A stretch of DNA of 64,000 nt from Octopus sinensis (lineage: Eukaryota), in assembly GCF_006345805.1 (NCBI RefSeq), contig NC_042999.1, positions 111,910,001 through 111,974,000 on the forward strand, given 5' to 3'. The position numbers and the translations under genes were made by a program. The notes below the pieces were generated by a model. It was given only the letters and a program-made list of their open reading frames with translations, was not told the origin of the DNA and searched no databases. This document shows positions 27,050-40,353 of the stretch, piece by piece; within the stretch, counting starts at the first letter, position 1; the number at the start of each line of letters is the position of its first letter.

Positions 27050-27129
<80 letters not shown>

Positions 27130-27251
27130 CATTTTAGCGATTAACACTTCAGCTAACACTTCTGCCACTGCCATCGTTCTCCTCTTCTTCCACATGATCA
27201 CCATCACCACCACCACCATCATCATCATCATCCTCATCAACATCATCATCC

Positions 27252-27298
<47 letters not shown>

Positions 27299-27300
27299 GT
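27040..27300. repeat. (CAT)n/(AAT)n/(CAC)n trinucleotide block
   Basis: Directly visible in the sequence. Confidence 0.95.
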
Positions 27301-27564
27301 TTTACGCATAAATTATTGCAAGGATTGGTAAATCGTGTCACTACTTCATGACTGTCATCCTCATCGTTAAAATCGTTCAGAAAAGGACCTAGTGAAGGGG
27401 ATGTGAGGTTGGTGGGTGAGGGGTGGGAGTAAAATAAATTTCCACGACTGTATGAAATGTAAGCTTTACAAAGTACCCCTACTCAACCAGATACTAAATT
27501 CCACTCCATTTACAAATGTCTGGAGACATTCGGGAGGGGAAGACTAAGCCTTGCTTTGGTAACG

Positions 27565-27870
27565 TCTGTTGCTGTTGTTGTTGTTGTTGTTGCTGCTGCT
27601 GCTGTTATAGTTGTTATTGTTGTTGTTGTTGTCGTTGTTAGTGTTGTTTTTGTTGATGATGATGATGATGATGATGAAGATGATGATTATGATGATTATG
27701 ATGATGATGATGATGATGATTATGGTGATGATGATGAAGATGATGATTATGATGATGATGACGATGACGACGACGACGACGACGATGATGATGCTGAGGA
27801 GGAGGAGGCGGAGGAGGAGGATGATGGTGATGATAATGATGACAACGACGACAACGACGACAACGTCGCT
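27565..27870. repeat. Compound trinucleotide block (GTT, GCT, GAT, GAC, GAG)
   Basis: Directly visible; produces poly-V/D/E ORFs. Confidence 0.95.
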
Positions 27871-28284
27871 GATGTTTTTGTTATTGCTGTTTCTAAAAGA
27901 GAGGATCAGCAGATCGGGTGAGAGCCAAGAGAATAACACATGGTCAGCAGACCAAATGACAGAGGCAACCCAATACTGAATTAAAGAGCTTCGCAGATAT
28001 TCATTGCTTAACAGCTGCTGTTTCCTGTTGGAATTCAATCTGAAAAACAGCCTAAAATCTGTGACAACTACTGACATTTTCTAAACACATTCAGTATCGA
28101 CTAAATTTGATGGCAGTTTTGAGAAAATTAATTTACTTATTTAGCTCAAATACACACGAAAACAAAATACACACATGCACACTTACACATGAAATTACAT
28201 ATACACACATACACATACATACACACAAGGGCTTATGGAAGTCATTAACCCAATGAAAGTGACGATGTATATATATATATAAAG

Positions 28285-28342
<58 letters not shown>

Positions 28343-28449
28343 GTATATGTATACACACACACATATATACAAATTTACATGTATATTTTTTCATACATAT
28401 ACACTCACACAAACACGTATATACACAGATACACAATATATATAGTTTA

Positions 28450-28630
28450 TATATTGTTTTCCATTTGTGTCTTTCGTCTTTCGAAAAAATAGTTCATATT
28501 CCATGTACTTGTACTTCGTATTTTTTGTTGTACACGTTTCGTGACGTCCTGTGCCCAAATATGCATATATAGATGTAAGTACGTACATATGCGTATGTAT
28601 ATATGCATATATATATATACATATATATAT

Positions 28631-28695
<65 letters not shown>

Positions 28696-29320
28696 CATAT
28701 TATTATATGATTGAAATGCCACGCATCATCTTCCAAGTAAGTCTTATCTTAATTCAGATGCGCACTCTTTCGTTTTTTTCTCTTTCTCGCTCTTATTCTT
28801 TTACCTCCTCTTCTCCCACTATTCTATCCTATTACACTGTCACTCCCTCCCTCACTCCTCCTCCCTTGCTCACGTGGATCACACGTGACGTTCGGCCATC
28901 TTTCTTTATTCTCCTAACTTGTGTTTCTTTCTCTCGATTGCAGCTGGAACAGGGAAGACATGTTCTTGTCTGTCTCCTGTCCAAGCTTGAGCTCGCCAAC
29001 ACAACCCTGTTTAGGTTTAGCAGTCGTTTCTTTTTGTTTTCACTGTCCTGTTCGTGTTACTAGTTTTGACCCTCCCCAAATCCCAAATTTTTATTTAACT
29101 TGCTTTGCGGGAGCAGCTGTTTTATCGAAAGCGTATATTGTTGTTAAATGTTCGAAATACGAGAGTAGAAAAACAACCAACAACTGATGAAGGGTTGTTC
29201 TTTATGTTGTTTCTCTTGTTTTCCATTTGTATCTTTCGTTGTTCGAAAAAATAGTTCATATTCCATGTACTCGTAATAAGTAAATTTTTTGTACACTTCG
29301 TGATGTCCTGTGCCTGCATG

Positions 29321-29397
<77 letters not shown>

Positions 29398-29525
29398 CAT
29401 ATATACATATATATATATATATACGTATAGATGTAAGTATATGCATATACGTATGTATATATGCATATATATCTATATATCATTTATATTATTATATGAT
29501 TGAACGCCACACATCCTCTTCCAAG
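28450..29525 (-). repeat. Two copies (28450-28740, 29100-29525) of a microsatellite-containing repeat also at 30640-30810(+) and 35755-35960(+)
   Basis: Shared ggcacaggacgtcacgaaacg.gtacaac...atgaactattttttcgaacaacgaaagacacaaatggaaaa, plus the flank cttac.ggaaga.g.tg.gtggc.ttcaatcatataataat. Confidence 0.85.
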
Positions 29526-29894
29526 TAGGGTTTATCTATCTATTTATCAATATATGTGTGTGTGTGCGTGTGTGTGTGTATGTATGTATGTATGTATGTA
29601 TGTATGTATGTATGTATGTATATATGCACGGGGTTCAACTAGCAGTAACATTCAACGGCCACTTTTGATGTGGCGACTGGCTTTACTTTATAGTAAAGTT
29701 ACTACTGTGGTGTCTTCGTAAGATTTTACAGATATCTATTTTGCTTGTTGCAAATCAGTGACCGATGCAATATAATTTTGCAATATAATTTTTAGCGTTA
29801 GCGGACTCTGGCTATCGCTCTGTCGTACAGGTGATCGCGACTGAGGACTGGCCAAATAGCTCGAAACTGAATCAATCTCACGATCCTAATACCT

Positions 29895-30125
29895 GCTATA
29901 TGGTCATAGGCGTTCGCAGAGAGATACCGATAACCAGCTGGTGGAGAATCTGCCTGGGCCTAAACTGGTAGTTCAGAGGATTTGCCGTTATGGGTATATA
30001 AACTAAACCAAAAGCAGTTGTCAATCGGTGGTAGGGGACAAAAACAGACACAATGACACACATACTGAACCCGGGATCATGTGGTTGGGAAGCAAATTTC
30101 TTACTATACAGCCACACTTGTGCCT
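29895..30125 (-). mobile_element. Degenerate SINE family B-like copy
   Basis: actgaacccgggatcatgtggttgggaagcaaatttcttactatacagccacac is the reverse complement of a family B head. Confidence 0.6.
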
Positions 30126-30136
30126 TCATATATATA

Positions 30137-30360
30137 CAGGGTGGCCCAAAAGTCATCACGTAAACACTTAAAATTTCTTTTTAAACATTTTATTACATTC
30201 AAATTTCTATCTTACAAACTGAATAGGGAGCTTCACAAAATCAACTAAATTAGCATAGAATAATGGTTTCATATTTTTTTATAATTAAGAACTAAACTGC
30301 TAATATATGATTGCGAAAGAGATAGTTGAATAACAGTAAATCTACTTTTGGGACACCCTG
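30137..30360. mobile_element. Tc1/mariner-type MITE, 224 bp
   Basis: TIRs cagggtggcccaaaagt / acttttgggacaccctg with TA on both sides. Confidence 0.85.
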
Positions 30361-30828
30361 TATATATATGTGTGTATATACATATATGGAAAGAAGATAT
30401 GTGTATATATATATATATAAATTATTCTATGATTATATACATAATTATAACAAAGGGTCATCTTAATACCTCACCACGCACTACTAGAAGTAGACATTAA
30501 AGTGTTTTACTACTTTATATATATATATATAATATAATATAATATAATATAATATAATATATATATATGCATATATACATAATTACATCTATACTTACAT
30601 CTATACGTATATATATATATATATATTATATATATATATGCATATGTCGGCACAGGACGTCATGAAACGTGTACAACGAAAAACTACGAAGTTTTTTGGA
30701 ACATGAACTATTCTCTCGAACAACGAAAGACACAAATGGAAGACAAAACAAACAACATAAAGAACGACCCTTCAGTTGTTGGCTGTTTTTCTAGTCTCTT
30801 ATTTCGGGCATATCTATCTCTCTATCTA

Positions 30829-30975
<147 letters not shown>

Positions 30976-31020
30976 TTTTATTCTGTGTTTAGCCCTGTGT
31001 GGCCACAATAAAAAGTTGTC
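30976..31020 (+). mobile_element. 45-bp 3' terminus of a Tx1-like element (subfamily B), opposite orientation
   Basis: ttttattctgtgtttagccctgtgtggccacaataaaaagtt is the reverse complement of 32783-32825. Confidence 0.75.
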
Positions 31021-31048
31021 TATCTATTTATTTATCGATAGATAGATA

Positions 31049-32678
31049 TGTTTCTTTATTAGCCACACAGGGCTGCACACAGATAGAACAAATTACAAGG
31101 TAGAGCTTTTCTTTTGAAGGTTTAAAAAAAAAAAAAGGAAGGGGGAGTTTCGATCAAAAGGGATCATAAAAGGAGAGAAAGAGGACAAAAAAAGGGGGGT
31201 TAAAAAAAAAGGGGGAGAGGAAAAAAAAAAAATTGATCAATAGGGATCGTTATCACAGAAATGTCAATATGAAGTGTAAAGGGGAGGACAGGTGAGGTTT
31301 ACCCGTGGAAAGAAAAGCCTACGGAAAAGACCACGGTAACCTCGGTCAATGGAGTCACATGTTATATTTCTTCTATTTTTTTTTTGCAAATAAGCAATTC
31401 TCTGTTTTCAATTTCTGGGTTCATAGGATCATGCTCAAGGTGGCTTCGTCATTCATACGTGCCATTCTTGCTACATTCACCCATCTTTTTTTAAAACATT
31501 CGCTAGACAAAACTTGCCTCTCTACTCTCACTTTCCTTTTCAAGTGGTACTTGAAGAAGTTGATGAGACATTGACCAGAGAGGAAAGTGTTTGTCTCCAA
31601 TCCTTTCAGACGCGTCCACCAGATACATTCTTTCGCCATAGCCACAAGGATGATGAAAATAGCTCTTCCTTCCCGTTTGAAGGAAGGAGGCGTGACAATA
31701 TTGATGATAGGCTCAGCTGATAAACCGACTCGTCCCACACGTGACAGCAGTTGTTCGACACAAGCCCACAGGTCAGAAATTGTTGGACACTGCATGAGTG
31801 CGTGCAGAACGGTTTCGTCGCTCTGTCCGCATCTCGGGCAGGTCGGCCCCGTGTTTCTCGAGCCGTGTCTGTAGAGCTTATCCCGAACGGGTAGCGCTTC
31901 TCGGTAGCACTGCCAGGCCAGGGATCTCTGGAAGTTGTCCATGGACCCTGGCCCGAAAGTTGTCCTGAACAGGCGGGTCAGGTACTCCTCGTCGACGTCC
32001 AGGTTCGCCCCGAGCTCGTCGTCGTACCTCCCCTCCACTAAACCCCTATAGAATGCTTTGGTTGTGTTGAAGTCACTCAAGGTCGACCCAGGACGGCAGA
32101 GTTGCTTGAGAGCAACGCGACACTCGCGGTGCCATTCGCCCTTCTTCGGCCTCTTTTTGATCCACGACTGCAGTTCGGTCATGGAGACGAGCTGCGGGAA
32201 AGCGTGCCTCACAAACGGCGACCACACCTGTTCACCGTCGTCTACATAGAGCCAGAGATGTCGCAGTCTCAGCGCGTGTCTGCGCATCATCAACCACGGC
32301 ATGCCCAGCCCTCCTTTTAACGGGTGTTGACAGCAAATGGATCGCCTGACCATCGGGACGCATCCTTTCCACAAGAAGTGAAAGAGAATGCGTTGTAGTT
32401 TGGTGATGGTAGGGTCGGGACAAGGTACGACGGTCAGGCGGTAGTAGATGGCGGACGCGATGTACGTGTTCGCCACCTCCGCCCGACCTTTTAGGGACAG
32501 TTTCCTCTCGGCCCATTGCCGGGCGAGAGTGACCACCCTACTCGTTATCTCGTTCCAGTTCTTTTCCACTTGGAGGTCCGGACCAAACCAGACCCCGAGC
32601 AACTCAACCGGGCCGTCGGTCCAGCGTCCCACGACGGAGGCGCTGGTGGACGGCATGGGCTTGCTTCTCCAGGTGCCT
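31049..32678 (-). mobile_element. 5'-truncated Tx1/L1-clade non-LTR retrotransposon inserted in (GATA)n
   Basis: Both junctions are in GATA repeats. The 3' end reads cagccctgtgtggctaataaagaaaca, with a 370-bp 3' UTR. The element is markedly more GC/CpG-rich than its flanks. Confidence 0.9.
31421..32678 (-). CDS. Uninterrupted C-terminal part of Tx1-type ORF2 (late RT/thumb region plus zf-RVT CCHC knuckle)
   Basis: LGTW..., VELLGVWF, LSLKGRAEVANTYIASAIYY, FLWKG, KGGLGMP, LPVRDKL, CPRCGQSDETVLHALMQC (C-X2-C-X8-H-X4-C). More than 411 codons are open up to the truncation point. Confidence 0.9.
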
Positions 32679-32691
32679 AGATAGATAGATT

Positions 32692-32782
<91 letters not shown>
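32679..32782. repeat. (GATA)n array
   Basis: Directly visible. Other arrays at 28285-28345, 48637-48755 and 61585-61675. Confidence 0.95.
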
Positions 32783-32784
<2 letters not shown>

Positions 32785-32922
32785 CTTTTTATTGTGGCCA
32801 CACAGGGCTAAACACAGAATAAAAATGGACGAAATACAATGTAGAGTTTTTTTCTTTTCGAGGTGGGATGGGTGGGACACATAGAAAAAAAACCAAAAAA
32901 AAACGTTCGATCAATAGGGATC
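32783..32922 (-). mobile_element. Second, short 5'-truncated Tx1 3' UTR (subfamily B)
   Basis: Collinear with the 3' UTR of the 31049 element (ccacacagggct, tacaa.gtagag.ttttcttt, ttcgatcaa.agggatc) but clearly diverged; begins at a GATA array. Confidence 0.8.
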
Positions 32923-32959
32923 TGTGGGTTGTGTGGTGTATAAAAATATAATATATATA

Positions 32960-33418
32960 TAATCGAAATCGATCAATGGAAATTGCAGATGTGTTACCAG
33001 TGCCGGTGGCATGTCGAAACTCTACTTGTGAAGACCTGTTGAGGCAAGTGAGGATCAGAATCGAAATCGATCAATGGAAATTGCAGATGTGTTACCAGTT
33101 CCGGTGGCATGTAAGAGAACCTTCCGTTTCGCGACCGTTGCCAGCGCCGCCCCGACTGGCCTCGTGCCGGTGGCACGTAAAAAGCACCATCCGTTCGTGG
33201 CCGTTTGCCAGCTCTGTCTGGCACCTGTGCGGGTGGCACGTAAAAAGCACCCACTACACTCACGGAGTGGTTGGCGTTAGGAAGGGCATCCAGCCGTAGA
33301 AACACTGCCAGATTTGACTGGGCCTGATGAAGCCTTCTGGCTTCACAGACCCCAGTAGAACCGTCCAACCCATGCTAGCATGGAAAACGGACGCTAAACG
33401 ATGATGATGATGATGATA
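32960..33418 (+). mobile_element. SINE-like family D with (GAT)n tail and internal duplications
   Basis: About 50-bp duplication cgaaatcgatcaatggaaattgcagatgtgttaccag (32960, 33060), repeated gtggcacgtaaaaagcacc, ggaagggcatccagccgtagaaa, ending ggacgctaaacgatgatgatg. Confidence 0.75.
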
Positions 33419-33696
33419 TATATATATATATATAAAGTTCACAGTTTAGGTGTAGCCCTGATAGATAGATATAGGTATAGATAAGGTAGTAAAAAAGACT
33501 TTAGCGTCTCTTTCTAGCAGTGCGTGGTGAGGCATTTAGCTGACCCTTTGTTATAATTATGTATGTAATTATAAAATAATTTGTTAGATTTACCTAAAAT
33601 GTTTTTATTTCCGCACTGGCTATCTGGTAAAATCATTGATTTTACCCTCTATTTTTATTAAAATAATATTTGTATATATACGTGTGTGTGTGTGTG

Positions 33697-33736
<40 letters not shown>

Positions 33737-34287
33737 CAAACTCACAAACACACCATCTGGAGCGGTCAGCACTTCTTTCTGAAACTGTCATTCTCCATAC
33801 GCATCACATGCCCATTCCAATGCAGTCTTCTGTCTTGGCCAACGCATCTGATTTATTTCTTATGCTGGTTGCCTGCACTCCAACATTCAAGAGGAGAACG
33901 CTTATTTAATTTTTTTTCCTCTCTTCACAAGTTTTCTCTATTCAAGGTATGTATCCCGCTACCGACAGCGTCCTATTATGCAGTCAGCCCTTCACTATCA
34001 AGGAGACTTTTGTTGCCAGCTGAGATGATCTTTTTCTAGCCCGTTCTTACTCTAGTTGCTATACTTTCGGAAAAGTCACATCTACAACTTATTATCTTAC
34101 ATCAATAACAGAGACAATCAACTATTTATATGGAACCTTCTGGCCGGGGTATTTTGAATAATCTATTACAGAATGCCTGTATATCATGTGTGTATGTGTG
34201 ATTGTATGTGCACATACGTACCATATATACGTACATAACTACATACACACACGCACGCACACATACACACACATACACACACATATA

Positions 34288-34532
34288 TCTTATTCTTGTA
34301 CTTGTTTCAGTCATTTGACTGTAACCATACTGGGGCACCGCCTTAAAGGGATTTAGTCGAAGATATTGACCCCAGGACATATTCTTTGTAAGCCTAGTAC
34401 TTATTCTATCGGTCAGTTTAATCGAATCGCTAAGTTAGGTGAACCTGAACGCACCAGCATCGGTCGTCAAGCGATGGCGGGGGTACAAACAGGCACACAC
34501 ATAAATATTCACACGCACACGCACACACACAC

Positions 34533-34569
<37 letters not shown>

Positions 34570-34730
34570 GCATATGTATATGTATATGACGAGTTTCTTT
34601 CAGTTTCTATCTACCAAATCAATTCGCAGTTATAAATAGAAGATACTTGCTCAAGGTACCACGCAGTGGGACTGAACACGGAAACATGTGGATGGAACGC
34701 AAGCTTCTTACCACACAGCCACGCCTGCGT
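34288..34730 (-). mobile_element. SINE family B, near full length
   Basis: Collinear with the 25320 copy, with a deletion in the core. Confidence 0.8.
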
Positions 34731-35465
34731 CCACATGTGTGTGCGTATGCATGTATATACTTATATATGCACACATAGTTGGTATATATATATATATATA
34801 TATGTGGGGGGGGGGTGCTGGATGTAAGTATCTAACCTAGGTTAGATACTTATTGTAAGGCTATATAAAATCTATTAAAGAGTAATTTCACACCAGATCT
34901 GTAACAACTTGTGAAGCAATGCTAAGCTTCTCAAACGAACAATCTACTGAATCAGTTTTGGAATAAATGAAGGAACAAGGGCTTTCAGATTGGTAATAAT
35001 ATTCAAGGTTTTAAATGACTATATGGTTTTATTGCTATCAAATGAGTCAATTTGTAAAACATTAAATAACACTAAAATTAATTTCTCTGACGATACAGTA
35101 CTTCATTTATTTAGAGCCACTAGAGAATTTTTAGTAGTAAGGATTAATATTACGTTGGTACACAATATATATACTCAAGTATATTGTGTATTTACGCATG
35201 TAGACATACGTGTATGTATATATATGTATATACACACACATGAAATACACAAATATAAGTGTGGGATGTAGTTTTTCTTATGTCCCACAGTACATTGAGT
35301 GTTAGAACTGTTGACACCTTATATGTGTCAAAACTATATATGTGTGCGTGTGTGTGTGTATATATATACCTACACACATACATACATATATATATATATA
35401 TATTTCTATGTATGAATATATACATATATATATGCATATGTATATATGTCTAAATGCATAATGCG

Positions 35466-35500
<35 letters not shown>

Positions 35501-35712
35501 TATATATATATATATATATATGATACGCCATGATAGATCGTTAGCCACTACACACATTTTTTTTTTCTCCTTGTTTTTTCTGTGTACCTTTCTGTAGAAG
35601 AGCGTAGGCTCGAAGCATAAAAGACTTTTTCTATTCCTGAACGCTATACTAATACATCTGTTTGTTTTGTACACCATCTGTCTTCGTCTTTTATTTTTTT
35701 TCGTAAACTTTT

Positions 35713-35753
<41 letters not shown>

Positions 35754-35969
35754 CTTACTGGGAAGAGGGTGCGTGGCGATCAGTTGTATAATAATATAAA
35801 TAATATATATATGCACATCTTGGCACAGGACGTCACGAAACGTACAACAAAAAAATACGAAGTACGAGTACTTGGATTATGAACAATATTTTCGAACAAC
35901 GAAAGACACAAATGGAAAATAAAACAAACAACATAAAGGACGACCCTTCATCATCATTATCATATGTAT

Positions 35970-36047
<78 letters not shown>

Positions 36048-36105
36048 CTCTTTTACTCTTTTACTTGTTTCAGTCATTTGACTGCGGCCATGCTGGAGCA
36101 CCACC

Positions 36106-37165
36106 TATATATATGGTGGTCGTCTTCTCATTATACAGAGTTTGACCACCCACCTCCTGTATCTACACCTTAGCACCATCATGGCGTCTGATGTGGCTTT
36201 TTAAACCAGACAATGTTCTGAAAAGACACTCACATAGACTGCACCACTGATTTGGTCCACCAATACCTACAGATAAGTTATGCTCTTTGTGGATCTTAAC
36301 ATGTCTTTTGAGGCCTCCGTTGGATTTGCAAACCTTCTGGCATACACTGCATTCAAAGGTGTGCACAGACATATAGGCAGAATAGCTGGTGGAGGTTCGT
36401 TTTCCATGCGTTCGTAGATGAGATTTGATGCCAGCCAAAGACAGGCATGGTCTGTCACAGACTGTGCACACAAAAAGGTTATTGTCATTCACCTTCTCGA
36501 TCGTTACATTCTTCCTAAGATCTCTTTTGAGTCTTACTTGCGTTATCCTGGCCTATTCAAATGCCTTTAGTCTACTCCACACCTTTGTTCGCCATTCAAC
36601 TCGATCCGAAGCCAGGGTTTCTATATCTTCCGGAACCATTCCAAGTGACTTCATAGTAGTTCTTATGCCGTCCTTAAACTTTTTATTAGGTTTACATCGA
36701 TATCGTTTCCCCTCTGCAAGCTCACCATAAAACAGCTGTTTCGGCATGCGTTCATCTGCCATTCGAACAATATGGCAACACCATCTCAATTGGTTCCTCA
36801 AAATCATAGCTTTAATTGAGGTGATGCCTGCAGAAGCAAGGTCATCTGTTTTTGGAGTAAAAGAACTCCATTTAGTTTTTAACATGCAATGAAGGCATTT
36901 TAGTGGAGTTCTTCTAACAGTTTAAAATGCCATTCATAACAAGCCCAAGTTTCACAGGAATGCAACAGGGATGGTAAGACAAATCATTTGTAAAGAGCCA
37001 GCTTTTTATTCTTATTCATATGTTGCTGGCACCAAACGCGTGACTCCAAGCCGCCAAATGCTTTTGCTGCCCTTTGAATTCACAGCTGTATTTCTGTATC
37101 AAGATTTCCATTTTGAACAGAGCTTCAAAGGTAGACGAACGAATCGACAACCTCAAGTAACTTAC
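36106..37165 (-). pseudogene. 5'-truncated RTE-clade LINE; ORF ends in three C2H2 zinc fingers
   Basis: LEVVDSFVYL*SS..NGNLDTEIQL*IQRAAKAFGGLESRVW...VLPSLLHSCETW; QLRWCCHIVRMADERMPKQLFYGELAEGKR; SDRVEWR; one in-frame TAG at 36553-55 then three C-X2-C-X12-H-X3-H fingers; tail gaagacgaccaccatatata. Confidence 0.9.
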
Positions 37166-37416
37166 CCTTACACATATTTATACCTATACATATATATATA
37201 TATAATATATATATATATAATATATATATATATATACATATATAAACACATATGTGCGTGTCTAGGTGCGGTGTAAATTAATTACCCTTCAACATCCACG
37301 ATATTATATTACAATTAAGTTTTATGGTTGAAATAAAAAGCCAAATATTTAGCAGATATATGCGTACATATTTTTGCCATGTGTATGCATATTTTTATTT
37401 TGCGTACACGTTTGTT

Positions 37417-37451
<35 letters not shown>

Positions 37452-38713
37452 ATACAAACCCAGTCACATGCATGGAAACACACGAACATGTTCGCATATA
37501 TACTCATGTATAAAATCCTAACTCTAGTTGCATAATTTCTCGTTCGATATTATCTCTCGTCTGTGAGTATGTGTGTAAGATTCATATTTAATGTGAATGT
37601 TGTTATAAAGTAAAAACAAATAATAAATAAGCATCATTAGCAATGATATCAGCAGGAGTTGCATTGGCGGCAGTAACTTTAGTAGCAACAACGAAAATAG
37701 AAACACAGGAAACGACAACAGTACACCCTTTACCACTAACACTACCACCAGTACTACCAACAAAAATACCACCAACAAAACCAGCAACGTTATCATGAAC
37801 AGGATCAACATGAACAAGATCAATAGCAGTCACTACCGACCACGTCCCCCAACACCAAACTGATCATCACAAGAACACGACCAACAACGACGACTAATAA
37901 CTCTACCTGCTACAACAACAATGAACACCACCGCAAACAACAACAACACCTATATAACCAGTACCACCAACATCTACACCACCAAGGACAACAATACCAA
38001 GTAAATAAATACCGTTTAATTTGATAACCAATTATATGATTTCAGTAATTTGAATATTCTTCCTAGAAGTCTTGTACTTCCTTTTTCATAGTTTGCTATC
38101 TCTCTCCCTCTCGCTCACTCTCCCAGTCTTTCGCTCACTCCACTCTTGACTGCCCCCCCCCCCTATCGTAACCACTTCCCTCCAACCGTACTTGCTGAGT
38201 TAGTTAATGCAAACAAATATAGAAAAAAGAAAAAAATTGAACCACGCAAATAATGCAAAAAAAAAATCGAACAACCAAACAAATTAAAATATATTTTTTT
38301 TTAGTTGATATGTAAATCTATATTTTTAATTTGTTACATATTTGTGCTTTACTGTCTTTGATTTATTCCTGTCTTTCTGGTTCGTTTTAACGGAAGCATC
38401 TTGGAGATAGGGTCCACGGTTTTAATTTTCCAAATATGATACTACTTTTTTTTAAATCAGAGAATTTCTTGATGCTAACAACAACAGCAATAATAATAAA
38501 TCAATAATAGTAATGGCAACAATAATAACAATAACGATGATGATGATGATGATGAGGAGGAGGAGGAGGGGGAGGAGGAGGATCTTTGTTAGCCACTCGA
38601 AAAGATGCAAAAAACTATGAAGGAAGTTAAGTAGATACTTTACAAAAACGTGTAGATTGGGACAGACAAGTCATGCAAAGATGCAGGGAGTGGGTGAAAC
38701 AAGTTATCAAGTA

Positions 38714-40353
38714 TCAGATCATTCCATAAGTTCTGTCCGATTTTAACCTTTTTAAAATTGAATGAAATTTAATAGTATTTTAGACTGTCTAATGGAATTA
38801 AAAATTATTTTCATGCATTTGTGTACATTTAAACTAATTAAATATTAAATTATAGAATAATAGAATTAAAATTTCTTTGATTAAAACCCTTTCTAACATG
38901 GAAGTATCCAAAGAGTATTTGAGGCACATAATGTTTTATGAGTACAAAAAACGAAACTGCAGCCGAAGCAACTCGAAACATACACTCAGTTTATGGGAAA
39001 TAATGCTTGAATGAATGAACTTGCAGAAGATGGTTTGCAAAATTCAAAAGTGGAGATTTCAGCCTTGAAGATGAAGATCGAACAGGACGTCCAGTTGAGT
39101 TTCAGGATAAGCTCCTTGAGGCATTACTTGAAAAACATCCTGCATTGCCAGTCGAAGAATTGGCAATAAAGCTTAGTTCAAACCAGACAACTGTTCATCG
39201 TCATCTTCAACAAACTGGAAAGTTTCCTAAACTTGGAAAAGAGGTGCCTCATGAATTGTCCGAAAGCAACCGCAAATCCAGAGTTGACTTCTGCTCTTCT
39301 CTCCATTCTCGCGAACTCATTTCACCCTTTTTGGACAGACTTGTACTGGTAACGAAAAATGGAAACTTCTATCGAAATGTTAAACATCGTAAACAGTAAG
39401 CGTAGGAGTGGCTGTGTGGTAAATAGCTTGCTTACAAACCACATGGTTCCGGGTTCAGTCCCACTGCGTGGCACCTTGGGCAAGTGTTTCTACTATAACC
39501 TCGGGCCGGAGGTAGACGAATATATATACATGTGTATTTGTGTGTATAAGTTTGTGTGTCTGTGTTTGTCCCCCAACATCGCTTGACAACCGATGCTGGT
39601 GTGTTTACGTCCCCGTAACTTAAATGTTCGGCAAAAGAGACCGATAGAATAAGTACTAGGTTTACAAAGAATAAGTCCTGGGTTCGATTTGCTCGACTAA
39701 AGGTGGTGCTCCAGCATGGCCACAGTCAAATGACTGAAACAAGTAAAAGAGTAGCTTGGTAAAAGGGAAAAAGCTCAACCACAACCGCGAAGGGAACTCC
39801 ATGGAAAAAGGTTCTTCTCCCTGTCTGGTGGGATTGCAAAGGGGTATTTTACGTTGAATTGTTACCACGTAATGCAACAATCAATGCTTAAGTCTACTGT
39901 CAGCAATTAGAGCGTTTGAACCAAGCTTTGAAGTAAAAAAAACACCTGCTTTTGTGAAGCAAAATGGAGTGATGTTTCATCAGGACAATGCGCGACCCCA
40001 CACTGCAAAGATCACATCACAGGAGATAGAAGAGCTTGGTTAGGAAGAATTCCTCATCCCCCTTATTCTCTCCATCTTGCTTCTTCAGACTACCATTTGT
40101 TCCGTAGTTTACGGAATCATTTGGGGGACATAACTTTCGCAAACCAGGAGGAGGTCGAAACTGACATTTCAACGTTCTTTGCTTTGAAACCAAAAGAGTT
40201 TTACATGGTTGGGATTAAAAAACTCGTAAAATGATGGAAGGATGTCATAGATAATAAGAGAAAGTACATTCATGATTAAATTTCAATTAAATATAACATT
40301 TGATCACTTGTTTTCTTTATTCAATTTCGGACAGAACTTATGGGATGACCTGA
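38714..40353 (+). mobile_element. Decayed full-length mariner (DD34D) with a nested SINE
   Basis: 27-bp TIRs tcagatcattccataagttctgtccga / tcggacagaacttatgggatgacctga (2 mismatches) with TA flanks. ATG at 38898; motifs RRWFAKFKSGDFSLEDEDRTGRP, EVPHELS, VWWDCKG, HQDNARPHT, DYHLFRSL. Confidence 0.95.
39399..39753 (+). mobile_element. SINE family B, full length, inserted into the mariner transposase
   Basis: Splits aaacagta|gcttggtaaa (KQ(W)LGK), with a short AGTA duplication at both ends. Confidence 0.9.

Noticed and set aside
27556-28077. Acidic poly-D/E ORF and adjacent unique sequence as a possible exon
   Set aside because: It is an open frame arising from trinucleotide repeats, with no recognisable domain or convincing splice-site pair.
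33322-33345. CTGATGAAGCC-TTCT-GGCTTC as a hammerhead
   Set aside because: It is a hairpin only, with no GAAA or UH site downstream.
36163-36492. Host C2H2 zinc-finger gene
   Set aside because: The fingers are in frame with RTE ORF sequence, lack TGEKP linkers, and are followed by an RTE-type tail.
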